64,000 bases of DNA from Ramazzottius varieornatus (GCA_001949185.1 BDGG01000002.1:5074448-5138447); one strand, 5' to 3'; numbered from the stretch's first letter, positions 1-15,295 are shown. The notes: generated by a model not told the origin, from the sequence alone. A program made the numbers and translations.

Positions 1-2479
1 GGAAGCAGAGACCATAGTTGTCGTTCAAGGATTTCGCAACTGCGTGCACCGGAAGTATCGCCCGTTTTACCCACCTTTACGCCCAACGATCGCAGTTCTG
101 TAGCTAGAGCAAGAATGACACCCGTAAAGTACGCCAGCTGTGTGTCCTGAACATTACTATGCAGCAGCGGAATCAACCAGCTACGGGACAAGTCCAGTGG
201 GTAGTTCTTGGGGTTGATCTTCAGCGGTACAACCTTCAAGACTTTGGGTGCGCCAATCTTCCGAATGGCTCGACCGAAAGCGTAGTCCAGATCCGTCTTG
301 AATGGAAACTGCGGACTCTCTCGCAGAGCCGCCAGCTTCTCTAAAGACTTCGTCAGGAAGTTACTGCCATGAGTACCACAGGCTTCGTAGAGAGCGGCCA
401 GGGCTTGAAGAACGTGATTCCACACACCGTGGTACTGGTACGAAAGACCTTCTTCGACATTCAGGAAGATTCGCTGGACCGTGGCGATATGCTGGTGGTA
501 GACCGCGGCATCAGCTGAAACTGACGCCACACAGGTCGTGATCTGGTCCTGTAAAAAGACGAAGTCAAAGGAAACTCCAGCTGACGAGAGTTTCCTTCTG
601 TTGTCCTTACCTTCAGCGTTTCTCCGCCAGCGACCTGTATCTCTGTCTTTTCCGCCAGGAGGAACTTCATGCAGGTAGAGACGAAACGAGGAAGGTGAGC
701 GATGGCCTGGTTGTCCAGTCTGAACATGTTCAGATGAGCTTGCTTGGAAGTCTCCAGCCACGGAAGAACCAACTGAGAATCATCGGCAACGGGCTGAAAG
801 TCGTAGAGAGCCTACGGAGAAGCATTTGTGAATTAAACCGGTAATTTTGTAAGGAATACAAAATGCGGCAGTGCCTTACGTTGATGAGCTGGCCGTTAGT
901 TTCTTGGTTGAGACGTTCAGCAGACGGCTTCGAGACGAACAACCCATGGATAGCTTTTAGCCCAATGGTGGAGACTAACGGATTCGTCAGAGTCATACAC
1001 TTGAAGACGCATTCGACCGTTGTTCGAAGCTGGTCGGCGGGTAGGTCGGATAGAATATCTTTCAGGAGACCGAGTATGTGTAACGTGACTGTCATTTCCT
1101 TCGTGGCTACAGAGAGATGCGAAAAGCTTACAAGAGACGTACGGATTAGAAAAGAAACGCATAATGGTCGCATGATGGGGCAACACATAAGAAGCGGAAG
1201 TACTCGATTTGTGGGTGACTGACAGAAAGAAGGGTTACCTCTAGCTTCTTCAAGTGTCTGGATGCACATCTCCGCCGTGATAGCTGCCACGGGGTGGACG
1301 GTAGGAGGGTTCGGTCCCGTCATGATGTCGCTGCCTTTCAGGACGGAGCATATGCACTTGTGGCACTGCCTTCGAACTTTTGGTTTGGGATGATGCAGAA
1401 AGGAAAGAATTGCTCTGTAAATCATCTCTGTCGAGGAGTTTCGCCAACTCGCAATATCCTGAACGCGGAGAACCGCACTCAAGCAGGTCAAAACCTATAG
1501 AAATTCATAATGTGAAAGTGATGGTACTTAATCAGATAATTCAACGATACTATAATGCTTCACAAATTTCGCGCATTACGTCAAGTAAGCGTGTTCTGTA
1601 TTCGTCATCGTAAACCCCGTAGACCCTAGCCCACTATGACGTCAGTTCGCGAAGTTCATGAAGCATTGCAGTATTATACTGTAAGAGAAGGAAGGTTCTT
1701 ACCGATCGCAGCAGAGCGTTGTTTTCGGAAGAAGCGCTGTCCGACAGAATTTTCATCAGCGGTTTACACACTTGAGAGGACTGTTTCCGCAGGACTTCGG
1801 CGGGTACACGTTTGATGAGGAGACTGAGGATGGATAATACAGCCGTACGAGAATCGTTGGTCTCCACGCTATCCAATGTCGTGAGCAAACCGGCAAAGTA
1901 TTCCGTCTCCGTTTCTTCTCCTTTCTTCTCTTTGATAACTTCGGTGATAGCAGCGATAATGGCCAGCATTTCACGATGAAGCCGTGAGTTAGCCGACCAT
2001 ACTTTCTGCAGACGTCGGAAAGACGTTATGGAGCACTGCGTCCACGCACTGATGTCCGTCTTAAGCGAGGCGGCGGTAAGTGCTGATGAGTTACTTCGAA
2101 CATCCGACATGGCTTCGTCTTTCGACGATCCGTCGTTACCGAATATGGTCCTGTCATGAATATCATCTCGCGAATTTCCTGTGAAAACACACCGCAGAAA
2201 CATCAGCCTCTGTCCACATCAAAAGTTAAACCTTTAAACCTGCCTATCCCTTCCACCCCGCAAGCGCTTCAACGAGATACGCTTGCGAAGGTGCGGTTTC
2301 TTCAATATGTCAGCAGTCTATATGAGTGTCCGAAAAGATGCCTTACCGATTTGATACTGGAAGTAGTTCGACTTCGCAGCCTGGCGATGAGTTTTCGTCG
2401 CTGGATTTGTACTGCTGCTGTCCCCTTTCTTCCATCGTAGTCCCTTCCCCTTGGTGTACTTTCTCATGGCTTTCCCCAT
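1..2479 (-). CDS. RRP12: RRP12-like ribosome biogenesis HEAT-repeat protein, 5' part (multi-exon; runs off the left edge)
   Basis: N-terminus MGKAMRKYTKGRDYDGRKGDSSSTNPATKTHRQAAKSR matches the RRP12 start motif. Exons encode HREMLAIIAAITEVIKEKKGEETETEYFAGLLTTL and HPKPKVRRQCHKCICSVLKGS, joined by GT-AG introns. Confidence 0.93.
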
Positions 2480-2781
2480 CCTCTTCGAGAACTCGCATCA
2501 ATCAAGGCACACGGTAAGAAGGCGAAAGACTCGAGGATTATGCGTGCCGGACTCCGGCCGAAGTTCAAATGCACGCGAATTAATCTCAGAGTCAGAGGCA
2601 AATTTCATACGGCTGTTATAGGACAACACTGTATGGCGTGCCATAGAGAGTTGCGAAATCGGCCAAGTAAGTCTAGTCGTTCCGTAACCGAGTGGATGGA
2701 GTGTAACAAAACGGTTTACTAATCTTGGGAAGGTATGTGGTTCGATCCCCAGTTCGTCCATCTGTTTTTCCGACTCCTCCC

Positions 2782-5332
2782 ATGCTGTCGGACGATGCGG
2801 TCCAGTTCGTCCATCCTCGAAAGCCACTCGACCCAAATCGAGACCTTCCGCCTGAGGGCAACTCGAATTGTTTGTTATTTTCTAAATCAGTGTGTATCGA
2901 ATTTCAAGATTTCCATGTGATGGCCCCAGATGCCAAGTTCTTCATCGGAAAGACCACGAATAGTTATGCAGGTGGATCACTATCGCAGTCAACCGAAACC
3001 GTCCCTGCTGCAGCTCCTGTGGTATCGAACACCAACGGCAACGCTGTGCATCGATTTGGAAAGCGAATTATCCGAGAGCGTCAAAATGGCACCTCGACAT
3101 TTCGTTCAAGGCTTTTACTCAAGCATGGATCTTACAACATTACGGGAAAGAATATTCCTCAGCGACGCTACCGTCTGGTTTCGGACCTCTGGAACACCTT
3201 GATCGACCTGAAATGGCGCTTCATCCTTATATTGTAAGCCATCAGTCTTCCTTTCTTTGTTGCGAACACCTGTTGCGCAGCTGGGCTTATGCAATTTTTA
3301 TCGGACTAATTACACACATTAACCGCCTGCACCTTAACCTAGGTTCACGTGCTCCTCAAGCTTTGAAGAAAGGCTCAGTAATGACGAAAGATCTTTTCGA
3401 AGGGGAGATTGTTTTGTTTTGCAGAATTGCAGCTGAGGGGTACTCGCGTATATGACTTGGCTTTTCGCTTATCGCAACCGAACGATAATCAAACGAAATT
3501 CCCTCCGTTAATTGTGTAAAGTAGTGCTAATTAAGAAGCTGACAGAATCTCGTGAAGTAGTTAGTTAGTCATACTGCGAATAAAGTAATCTGCATGCTTT
3601 CCATTTGACGAAAACTCTTGGTTGCAGATTTATGATGAGTTTCGTGATATCTTGGGCGTTGTTTGCTGTGATCTTCTACGTCATTGCGTCTGCCCACGGA
3701 GACCTGGAGCATCTGGAGGACGAAAATTGGAAACCTTGTGTAAAGAATTTGAATGGTTTCACCGCAGCATTCCTGTACTCTGTGGAAAGTCAACATACCA
3801 TTGGATATGGTTTCAGGTATCTTTGACAGAGATTAGTGGAGTACCTGTTATCTGGTCACCAAGAGTGCATTTTTTCAGCCATCTATAGATGTAGCTCGTA
3901 CAGTAAATCATCTTGATTTATTGGTTTCGTCTTGCAGATACACAACCGAAGAATGCGCTGAAGCTATCATCTTCATGTAAGGCTAAATTTGTTTTTTTGA
4001 GTCAGAAGAGCTTTTCCCCGTCCTGCTGAATGTTACGATGGTACCTGGTTCACTTCAGGTGTCTGCAGGCTGCCGTTGGAGTGGCACTTCAAGCTTTTAT
4101 GGTTGGGGTCGTTTTTGCCAAAGTTCAGGTATTATTCCAGCTTTTGCCGTCTTGGCGAAGTTGGCGCCCTTTTTCAAGAACTGGCTTTATCGGTAGCGAG
4201 TTACCATGATTGTGAATTTTATGTTTTTCTAGCTACCCAAGAAGCGTGCCCAGACGCTTCTCTTTAGCAAGCATGCTGTGATATGTGCCCGTGATGGCAA
4301 ACTCTGCTTGCTTTTCCGTATCGGAAACATGCGCCGCAGCCTCATCATCCAGTCAAGTGTAAGCAAACACGGCTTTGTATTACCTACTGCTAATAAAGTG
4401 TCCTCCATACGCAAAATTAAAAAACTTAGCAAAATTTCAATGTGCATAAATATTCCTGGGATGTTCCAATGGAAAGATTAGCATTGTTTTAGGTAAGGGC
4501 TCAACTGGTACACCACCGGAAAACCATAGAAGGTGAACTTCTTCCCTTCCACCAGCATGAAATGACGATACAGCTGGACAGCATGTCCGGTTCGGCGTTT
4601 CTGGCGTGGCCCGTGACAGCATGTCACATTATAACGCCCAACAGTCCCATCTATGACCTTAGCAAGAAATCCCTGGAACGCGCCAAGTTCGAGATGATTG
4701 TTATTCTCGAAGGTAACGTCACCGAACTGAATACTCACATGAACCTGTTCTGCTTCGTTATCGGTCACTTACAATACGGCTCGCAATATTTTAGCGACCT
4801 GTATTTCTTATTTAATCGCAGGAGTCATAGAGTCCACGGGCATGGTAACCCAGGCCCGTACCTCCTATGTACCCGAAGAAATCCTCTGGGGTCACCGGTT
4901 CTCGAGACTCTTGACGTACAGGAAAGAGAGTGGACAGTACGTTGTGGACTTCGACCGTTTCCAGCTTGTCGAGGTATTTTTTCGTCTCGCGCTTTGGTTT
5001 ATCCCTGCTGAAAAAGTTGCTTGGCATGGCTGAAATGCTCTTTGTTACAGCCCGTTCCCAGTATGCCTGTCTGTTCAGCCCGAGACCTTGACATTGTCCG
5101 CGTGGCTGCTGAAATGGGGACCCAAGAGCACGTTGGACAGAACAACGAAGACAAGCCGGATCCTCAAAGTCCTCAGTTACGGCGGGCCGTTTCTGCTGTA
5201 GGAATGAACGGTCACAACGTATCGGGCAGGACAAAGGTGGTGCAGCCCCGGATCGTGGATGAAACAGATCTCGAGATGCTTCCAAGATGTACAAGCATCA
5301 GCTTCGGTACGACGCAATCAGTGGACTTTTAA
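2782..5332 (+). CDS. Inward-rectifier potassium channel (Kir/Irk family), multi-exon
   Basis: Slide helix [40 protein letters not shown] pore/filter, [12 protein letters not shown]2, [36 protein letters not shown]. Start codon is uncertain. Confidence 0.95.
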
Positions 5333-6076
5333 GCAGTGCGCACCCGGAAGTATTTCGGTCTGATACCTTTAGTGGACTAGTTTGATCTTTTGACTTCCTT
5401 AATATTGCACCTTATTTATTGCTGATTGATGTTCCTTTTGCTCATGCAACAAGACAGTTCCAGTTTGTAGATATTTTGGTTTCTTCTGTTCCTGCTCCGT
5501 CCTGCAATAATCTTTCTGTTGAACTCTACCGTTTTCTGATCTAACATCAAAATAATCTATCAATCTTATCATTTGAGTTTTGAACTGCTCGGCAGTGGAC
5601 TGAAAGTCGTTTTGCTGACTTTGGAATAATTTTGGGTAAAGCTATGTGGGTCTTCATCATGTCTCCAGAGTGATCGTCTTCACGCCGTCTGAAACAATTC
5701 TTGATCACGAGATGCCGCCTGGGCAGAAATCAGCAGACGATCGACGACAACATAGCGGACGTCTAACGAACCTCGTCTATTTTGGGAATAACATTTACTT
5801 GCAACATAAATAAACGACATGGTTCTCTTGACAAGACTTGGGCAGCAGTAACCGCGAGACTGCTAACTCAAAAAAGACGACGCTCAAGTATAATTCGGCG
5901 CTTAATACACGATTTGATAAAACATATGAAAGATACGGACGTTGTACAAAACACGCACACCTAACAGCCAGTAATGGGTCTTTAGCAAACACTGTACAAG
6001 AAGCAAGCTCGAAAGTCCACTTCAAATGTTAACAGAATCGCTATGTCAAATGCTCATGCTGACTGCTCAGCTCGAG

Positions 6077-7741
6077 TTACACGCAGGAAGCAGTGAAGTT
6101 CGCTATCTCGATCGCAAGTGATCGTAATTCTTGAGTCGCCGCCGTGTTACCGATGAACACTGATCTTGTATGTAGTTCCTTAAGTACCTCTCGCGCACTT
6201 AGGAAAGATCCCATAGAGCCTTCTGGGCAAGACGAGGTCGCAGTGTTGCCGGCTGTAGTGATAAACCTCGTCAGATTTCTGAGAAGCACGGCAAAGCGGA
6301 GTAAGACGTGTTCGGCGACGCTTGGATCAATGTAGATGCCGAAAAAGTTGTCAGGAACCTGTACGAAACAAAAACAAAAGATCAGTTCCATTCCAAAGGA
6401 ACCGGATAATGTCGCTATGAATACCTTTGCATTCAGCATTAACGGAATTTCGGCTTCGTTGCACGATAAGTTGACCAAGACCTTCAGCGCTTGTAGTTTT
6501 TCGTTGTCAGTCGCTTGAGCCGTAACGTCGAACCTGGACAACAGGAACTCAATACCGTCTTCCGAGAAATACTCGTGATTTCCCGGAAGAACCGAGAGGT
6601 TGATTAGCGCGTTCAGACAGTTCAGCTGGAGACCTTCGAACTGGGCAGTTCGGAGAGTATGCAACAGATCAGGGACACACAACTGCAAACACCATGAAGT
6701 CCATTAGTTGAAGGATGCGTGAAACCAATCAATCATAACTGTAGCAGGTTACTGTTTACCTTTAGAAACTGCTGATTCGCCTCGTTTACAGCAAGGTTTG
6801 ACATAGCTTGTGCGACCAGACTTCTAATCCGTTCCGGTGCCGACGATTGGATCAAGTCGCGCAGCGTTTCCAGACAGCCCGCTTCTCGTAAAGAATCCTG
6901 AAACAACAACAACATGTCACTCTGAGCATAACTCTGGGCTACGCAAAACGATGAATGAACTGTCGAATAGTGCATATAAAGTTTGAAGCGTGTTCTAACC
7001 TGATTGTGGGTGAAGGTAGAGCAGTTCGCAATAGCGGTGATCAATTTCATGAACAGTTCTTCGTCCTGATGAGCGTAGTCGGTGGATACCAACTTAACTA
7101 GACACTTTGCATCCAGCTCCGATACGACTTTCAACGACTGCTCTGTCTGATGTTTCATAACATCCAGTCCGAATGCCTGCAGTTGTTTATCGAACTTCAA
7201 GGTGTTGACGCGGAGCACAGCCTTCGACTCATCCGGAGATGCCAGCCCGCACAGAAAAGAATTGATGCCCACATCCAGAGGCATGTTCATCGGGAAGAAC
7301 AGACTGGCACGGGGTGTAGCGGGTAGACTGCTCCCTTTGCCCTTCGACAGCTGGTGGAGACGTCGCTTGAAAGTCGGGTTGGGAGAAGCCATCGCGGAAG
7401 AGGTCATCCATGTGCTATACTGCTGAACGAATGGCAAGTCCAGTGCTTCAAACCCATTAGCGTCGATGACGGCGTTTGTGCCGAGGAGGGCGTTTGACAA
7501 AGTGACAGCATCGGACACTCCTGCAACGAACGAGCGAAATGTTTGGAGATTCAATGAGACCTTATATATAGCTTTGCTATTAGCACTTACCGATGTCAGA
7601 CACCTCGCCTTTGTTCCAGTAGTTGACAAGCTTGATAAGTCGGAACCCCATGTAAGCAGCTCCGGCCAATGCAGCGGTATTGACGATAGCCCGGTTGAGT
7701 CCATGGTCGTCTCGGACTGGGAATAAGGAGTGATGTGCCAT
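6077..7741 (-). CDS. ARMC10/ARMCX-like armadillo-repeat protein with N-terminal membrane anchor
   Basis: N-terminal hydrophobic anchor AIVNTAALAGAAYMGFRLIKL. ARM repeats include AIANCSTFTHNQ, AQAMSNLAVNEANQ, LNALINLSV and QALKVLVNLSCN, typical of the Arm_2 family. Confidence 0.7.
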
Positions 7742-8371
7742 ACCAGGTCGATTACAGCACCGTCCGCGTGACAAACTTCGATGTTCGGTGGACTGCAACA
7801 GATCAACTATCGACGCATAAAACGAAGCTCAAACACAGACAGCCCAGTGGAAGTTAGTAGAACAGAACTATGTAACCAGCACCGGCAGATCGTGAGTGAA
7901 TCCTAGAATCTTGGAAGAAGGAACTAAGAGTCTGAGACTAATTAGTAGGAATCCCAACTAACTTCTGCAGTTCTGCTACACTGAGCAACTTTGCGAAAGT
8001 CTCAAAAGTGCGTTGTGGCTTTTTTATCACAACGTACGCCCATACTATGACGAAACATATACGTCATTCATCAAGCACTTGCTTCGATACGTGATCTATA
8101 AAATCGTCATGCTCTACGACCCTGTTGTCAACAAGCTGCCTGTAAGTTTTCGCAATGTTCGCGGATCTTGAGATTGCCGTTTCCGCCTTTCCGGTGATGT
8201 CATGAATGATGGATCCCATGATTTTCATCTCAGGAGCATCCGATTCTTTCACGACTGCTCATTGCAAAACGACAACATCTCCATCTCAATGCCCTGTCCC
8301 TTGTACGTTTGAACTTTGTCGTACTTGCCGAACTTGCTGATGCTTAGAATGGAACAGCCCAGGACGGAAAC

Positions 8372-9500
8372 ATGTCGCGAGTGATCTGGTCGCCGTTATC
8401 ACGCTATGGACGGTTTGATAGCTGTCCACCTAAGAAAAGCGTTCTTGTTGCAAACCACATCATCCAATGGCGTAAGGTTCACCATCTCTCCGTCTACTTT
8501 TCCGCAATGTACGCGGAGAACCGGGCGCCCCTTCTCGCAACAGGTATGTATCGTTTCGCTTATACGCTTGGTCTAATTGCCTAAAGTTTCTCGTCGTATG
8601 GTGCAGAGCGTCCTGCCTATATCGAAATCGTCAGGAACGAGACCGAGGACGTCTGCGACAGCTGCCGAAGTACCGGCGGCCAAGCGCACGAACCTCCTTG
8701 GAACGATATGGAGACGTGTTAAAGATTTCAGTTTCCAACGGGCCATCTTGGGCGATATCGCGGTGCCTATTGGATACAAAAGAATACTCCAGCTGAAAAA
8801 GCGCGACGGAGTACCCATCACAGCGGAACTTGTCTACATTTTCAGTAGCGAAGGCTTGTTGCGCGTCGTCCCTGTAATTGCTAACATTGGTATGGTGTTA
8901 TTAACCTATGTCTTGGTCAAGTATTACCACACGCATCGTACCTTCCACCTGGATCCTCTGCGTCCCGCAATGACTTCGGAGTACTCCGGGAACCCGATGC
9001 AGTTCCAGACAGCCGAAGAGTACGGCGTAGCATTGGTGTTCACTCTCGTCATCACCGTCTTGCTGAATGTCTGTTGTAATCGCGGAGTGGCCCGGTGTTA
9101 TTACGACAAGACCAAAGACTTGTTCACGCTGGTCACCTACGACGCTATAGGACGACCAGTGACTAGAGTCACAAAGCCTGATACTGTGCGGGAGCTCAAT
9201 CTGCATCCCAGCAGTTTGCGGCAGTTCTTCGGTAATTGCAGACTGGTGGATGAGAACGGCAAATCAAAAGGGAGGTTCTTCTTGAAAGACCACAACTTTT
9301 CGATGCCGTGGTACTACAATCGTCTCGTTGGAGCGCCACAAGGAAACGAGATAAGCGAAACGGTGATTGAAAACCCCATTACAGAGGAAGATCTGCAGAT
9401 GGGAGCCGAACATGTGGCTGCAAAGTTGGCCAAAGCTAACGCTGTTAAGATGGAAAGTTACAGAAAGTCTCAAGTGGACGACCAGAAGCCTTTCACATAA
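8372..9500 (+). CDS. TMEM70/TMEM186/TMEM223-family mitochondrial inner-membrane protein (closest motif match TMEM70)
   Basis: Basic presequence-like N-terminus and two TM segments. VITVLLNVCCNRGVARCYYDKTKDLFTLVTYD resembles TMEM70 VITPVLLH..YVIRLYHEATTDTYKAITY. One intron lies near 8543-8606. Confidence 0.55.
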
Positions 9501-9529
9501 CAAATGTTTTAGTTTTATTGTCTTAATAT

Positions 9530-10993
9530 TCAGTAGTAAATACACCGCACTTTGTGATAGGGTGTCTTTCTGATATCTTCCTCGTGTAACTGTACGTAGT
9601 CCCACAGATAAAAGTCCAGCATGATGGCGTTGACGTGGCTTGGTATTGTTTGGTTCTCTAGAAGCCGATTCAATTCTTGCACAAGAAGCTGCGAAGAAAC
9701 CCTGGGTTGGGTGAATAAGAAAGATACGCGTGACTATAATTATGTCAGTACCTCGCAAGCATGAATGGCGCAGCCGCGAATCTGAATCTCGTCGTCACTT
9801 CCGTACTTGAACATGCAATTCTCGTTCAGCTTCCGCTGAAGGTCCTGGCTGTATGTTGTCAGTCCGAAGTAGTTCAGAACTTGCGGGATACGGTAGTCTG
9901 CAAAGATGGTTAGCTGGTCAATGTCGTGGAAAGTTCCAAGACCTTTCCCTTCGAAGCACGCCCAAATATCCGCCACCAGAATCTGCGCTCTTTTGTAAAA
10001 AGCCACTAAAAATCATAATCCGCGTAAATATACAGGATCGTTCTCACGATCTTGTGAAGGAAAGCAAGAATTCGTCAACCTACCTCTCTCATTCTTGTAA
10101 ATTCCTTCATCTCGGAAGCAAGGGAAGTCCGTCAGGATTGACTGAATGAGTGTTTGGGAACTATTTTGGGATTTGGTGACGCAGTTGGTGAAGGATCCCT
10201 CATACTTCTACTGAAACCACAGGCAGTATTAGACGAGCGACGGTGGAGTTGTTTTGTGCATTCGCAGGAGGAATTCATGTCGCAGACCTCTTTTAGTATC
10301 CTCCCTACTTCGCGTAGGTTTCGGGTTCGCTCGGCTAGCATAGGCATGACTCCCTTCGTGGTACGGAATATATACCGGACATGCTCATCATCTATCTGGA
10401 CGAGGTAATCGGCGTTCAGTAAGGGTATTCCTTCCTGTAAGAACGCCAAACAGATGGTAAACTATCTCAGGCAACTCGGACAACCATAATTTCGAGTGAG
10501 GTTCTCCGTATGCTTACGGCCTCACATCGAGAGCTCGGTTTACAGCCGCGCAACAGCTCCAGTATCCCGTCCACAACTTATTTTTATATTCCAACATAAA
10601 TCTGTCAGGTGCTTCCGGATCCTCCACTTCCGACCAGAATGAAAAGTTCACCGAATCGATGACGAAAATCCTATAAGAATAACAAAGCGACAGGCTTATA
10701 CATAGTATATATTATCTTTACACAGCATGTCCCTGTAATGCCCACAGTCCTTACCAGTCTACCGCGCTGGCATCCGCGGTTTTGGGATGAAGCTCATGGT
10801 TTTTCCAGCACTCCGGACTCATATCGTGTTTATTGTAACGATCCGCGAGAAGATGGGCCAATTTTCCAACAGCGCTGTGATTTATCGTGACTTCACTCGA
10901 GCTGCCGGCGATAAATTTCGCAGATCGCCGTACAAGAGAACTACGCGAGCTTGTACTGGGTGACGAAGAATCTTCCATCGACTTGACGATCAT
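9530..10993 (-). CDS. QNG1: Queuosine salvage protein / queuosine 5'-phosphate N-glycosylase (C9orf64, DUF2419)
   Basis: Motifs WIFVIDSVNFSFW, GYWSCCAAVNRAL, FYKRAQILVADIW, LTIFADYRIPQVL, EIQIRGCAIHACE, and C-terminal NAIMLDFYLW...PYHKVRCIYY*. Confidence 0.93.
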
Positions 10994-11667
10994 TTCTCAA
11001 AAGCACGGTTCTGTAGAAACATAAGGCAGGAAGCAATCCGCAGTAAAACCGAAGTTTGGTAAAACCAATGAAAAGAATGATTAAATTTGCAATTTAAGAA
11101 GTCTGGCTTTCCGGACAACTTTCCTTTTCCAGTCTTCTCATGCTGATCAATCAAAGGCTCGCAAACAATACAGTAAGAATGACTGAGCTTGATTGTTGAC
11201 AGTGGTCAATGGATGATCCATCTTACTTTTGATCCATTGATCTAGCAGCAATGTTATCAGAAGTACTAAATAACAGAGGCTTATCTCCGAATTTGGACCG
11301 AAGGACTGCGACCAAAGACTTTCGAAACTATCCCTTTTGTCTTGATTCGAAACGTATACCGACGCAAGGAAAGAGGAGGTCCGTCAGGGTTTCGTGGCAG
11401 GACTGCTGCTCTTTCATAATCGTGTATGATAAGTTTGCCACACTTCCGCGTAGAAAACTTTTTAGGCCGGACAATGTCCTAAACAGCCGAACGATACACT
11501 CGTCTGACAAAACTCCACAGTTAGAGTAGTAACCGATAAAGGTCGAAGAATGGATAGTTTGAAAGTGCCAAATGGTAAGGAGTGGGAATTAAAAAACAAG
11601 CGAGCGAGACACAAGTCTGCCAAGTCCCCCGAAAAGAAAATGCTGGCAATCTAGGTACCAGGAACTG

Positions 11668-12531
<864 letters not shown>

Positions 12532-13274
12532 AGTCACTTCTGGAAGACAGCAAGCTAATTAGCTATCAGCATCTCTGTAAGCGGTAGAATTCCGTACAAA
12601 GTGCTAATCACTGGTTATGATGGGTCATTGGGTACTAGCATCGATCATTCACCTAAACTTACCTCAGAGATGACACGTCAGACCAGCCCCAATTTCCCAA
12701 GTTGTGGACTTGTAGAGCTATCCAAGCACCCACCACCCACAGTTCGTCGAGATACCACCGCGTCAATGAGATCGTCTAGTACCGTTCGTGTTCTTTAGAA
12801 TTAGCGGATCTCGTCCGCAACTGGGCTTCCGGTCGATAAGTAAGGAGCTAGATGATTCGATAACAAGACGCAAATTTGACAACGTCAAAAAATCCAAAAT
12901 TTAAAGCACAAGTTTTTGTTCAAGGCGTTTTTGACCTGTCCAGGGAAGTCATAAATCTTCTGGGTGACCCCATTGAGAAGACCGGTTCGGCCGCAGTTGG
13001 GCTGTTCGACCGCCTCCGGTCCGGCACAAGTACTCCGACGATGCACCCGGGGGTCGGCTGGGAACGTCCACATTGGTTTTTCTGGCTCCAAACATCAATC
13101 ATGTCCATTCAAACAGAACTTCATAATCCATCGACTCATCCGTGCAGTGTCCATCCGTCCGTTGATGGCTGGCATCTTCTGACGTGATTAATCCTTCTGA
13201 AGCTCTGTTCTTTGCAGGTGCGGCGGAAAGGGATTACCTGTTCCATTACCAGAAGAAAGCGCTCCCCGACCAAG

Positions 13275-15295
13275 ATGGCTCCCAGCATTCCGATGCAGTC
13301 GCCTGTACTCTGCCAAGTTGCCGGCGTGACGCTTTACAGGATGGATGGCCTGACTTTCACAGAGTACGTGCCCACCTGCACCATCGTGCTACAAAAGAAG
13401 AGTGATGCAAACTCCGGTTCATCCTTCGTCTTACGCTTCATGAACGACAGCGAAGACTTGGGCTCTATAGCCATCTCGCAGACAACGGAAAGCGCCACGA
13501 TCAAAGACAAGACGCTCGTCTTCAGTCCCCCAGATGCATCCGGCGAGACGATGGCCGTTTCCTTTCCCAACGAAGAAGGCTTCAGTCAATTTAAAGAGAT
13601 GCTGAGCAATATCAGGAACGGTAAAGTGCAGTCGCTGTTTGAGAAACGGACCGAAGAAACCTCCGCTGTGCAATACTTTCAGTTTTACAGCTTTCTCTCC
13701 CAACAACAGAACATGCTGCAAGACTATGTTCGTACGTCAACGTACCAACGGGCTATCCAGCTGAACGATGTGGACTTCCGGGGGAAGGTGGTGCTGGACG
13801 TGGGAGCCGGTTCGGGTATTCTGTCATTCTTTGCTTGTCAGGTTGGAGCTAGTCGAGTGTATGCTGTGGAAGCCAGCTCGATGGCTGAACATTGCAACTT
13901 ACTTGTACGGGAGAACAAGATGGACGGCGTAGTGAAAGTGGTACATGGGAAGGTGGAAGAGATCACGCTACCGGAGAAGGTGGACGTCATAATATCCGAA
14001 CCGATGGGATATATGCTGCTGAATGAACGAATGTTAGAGTCGTATATCCACGCAAGGAAATTCCTCAAGCCTGGCGGACGCATGTTTCCAACTATAGGGG
14101 ATCTTCATATCGCTCCTTTCACCGACGAGGCACTTTACATGGAGCAGCTTTCGAAAGCCAACTTTTGGTAATTCTTATCGATTTTTTTCGGAATATCAAG
14201 AGTTTAAAGACTGATAGAGTAGTGTAAGCTCACATGCTGCTAGTTTCTCAGCTACTCAAAAAATGATGTTTTGATGGTTTTTACAGGTATCAGAATGCCT
14301 TCCATGGTATAGACCTCAGTGGGCTGAGGGAGAAGGCTTTTGACGAATACTTCCGGCAGCCCATCGTCGACACCTTCGATATCCGCATATGTCCATCGGC
14401 TTCGGTCAAATGGTCCATTAATTTCGAGCAAGATAAAGAAAGCGACCTGTACAACATTGATATCCCTCTTAGCTTCCCTCTTGTGACCACGGGCATGATC
14501 CACGGGTTAGCCTTCTGGTTCGACGCTGGATTTCTAGGGAGCAACGCCACCGTCTGGCTGACCACGGGTAAATAACTCCGTTAGTCACCTTTGCTGAAGT
14601 CTCACGGTACATATTTTCGCAGCGCCAAATCAGCCGCTTACGCATTGGTACCAAGTCAGATGCCTTCTAAAGACTCCCCTGTTTGGCGTGAAAGGACAGA
14701 TTCTCAGCGGAAGGGTTCTGATGGTGGCCAATGGGCGGCAAAGCTACGATGTAACCATTCACTTGGGCGTTGAAGGTTCTGGGTCAAAGTCCTCTAACAC
14801 TCTGGATCTTAAGAATCCATACTTTAGATATAACGGAGCACCTGGTGAGCACGGCTCAAACATTTTTGTCTCAGGTTCGTTGAAACCGTACATGACAGTT
14901 TCGTTTTGCTTGTAGTTGAGCCTCCTCCTGGCACGAGCAACCACTCCCCAAGCGACGTCTACAACGCCCAGATGCAGCAGCAGTACCAACTCTGTCAGAG
15001 CACTGCCAGCATGCAGGTTGGCCAGAACTACAACGGCACCGCAGTGAATGGTCAGATGATGTATCAGAACTATCCCCAGATGCAGCAGCAGCCTTATATG
15101 GCGGCTGTCCCCGAACCGGTCCCTGCCTTCCACAACAGTCAGGCTCAGTTACCACAAGTGCGGTACGCGACCAATAGCGGTCCTGCACAACAGACTGTGG
15201 GTTCTCCGGGCTACGGCGCACCACCAGCTACCGTCCATCAGTCAGCGGCCATCCCACGATATTCTACAAACTATCAATACGCTCCGCATAACTGA
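13275..15295 (+). CDS. CARM1: Protein arginine methyltransferase CARM1/PRMT4
   Basis: PH-like N-domain, [63 protein letters not shown] loop, [12 protein letters not shown], and a Q/P/Y-rich tail. Confidence 0.97.

Noticed and set aside
4059-4128. Kir M2 has Gln at the rectification-controller position
   Set aside because: QAFMVG is the usual state in invertebrate Irk channels, so it is not unusual.
8064-8252. 62-aa protein-like minus-strand ORF between the ARMC10-like and TMEM70-like genes
   Set aside because: No recognisable homology, no supporting exons, and it lies in a short divergent promoter interval.
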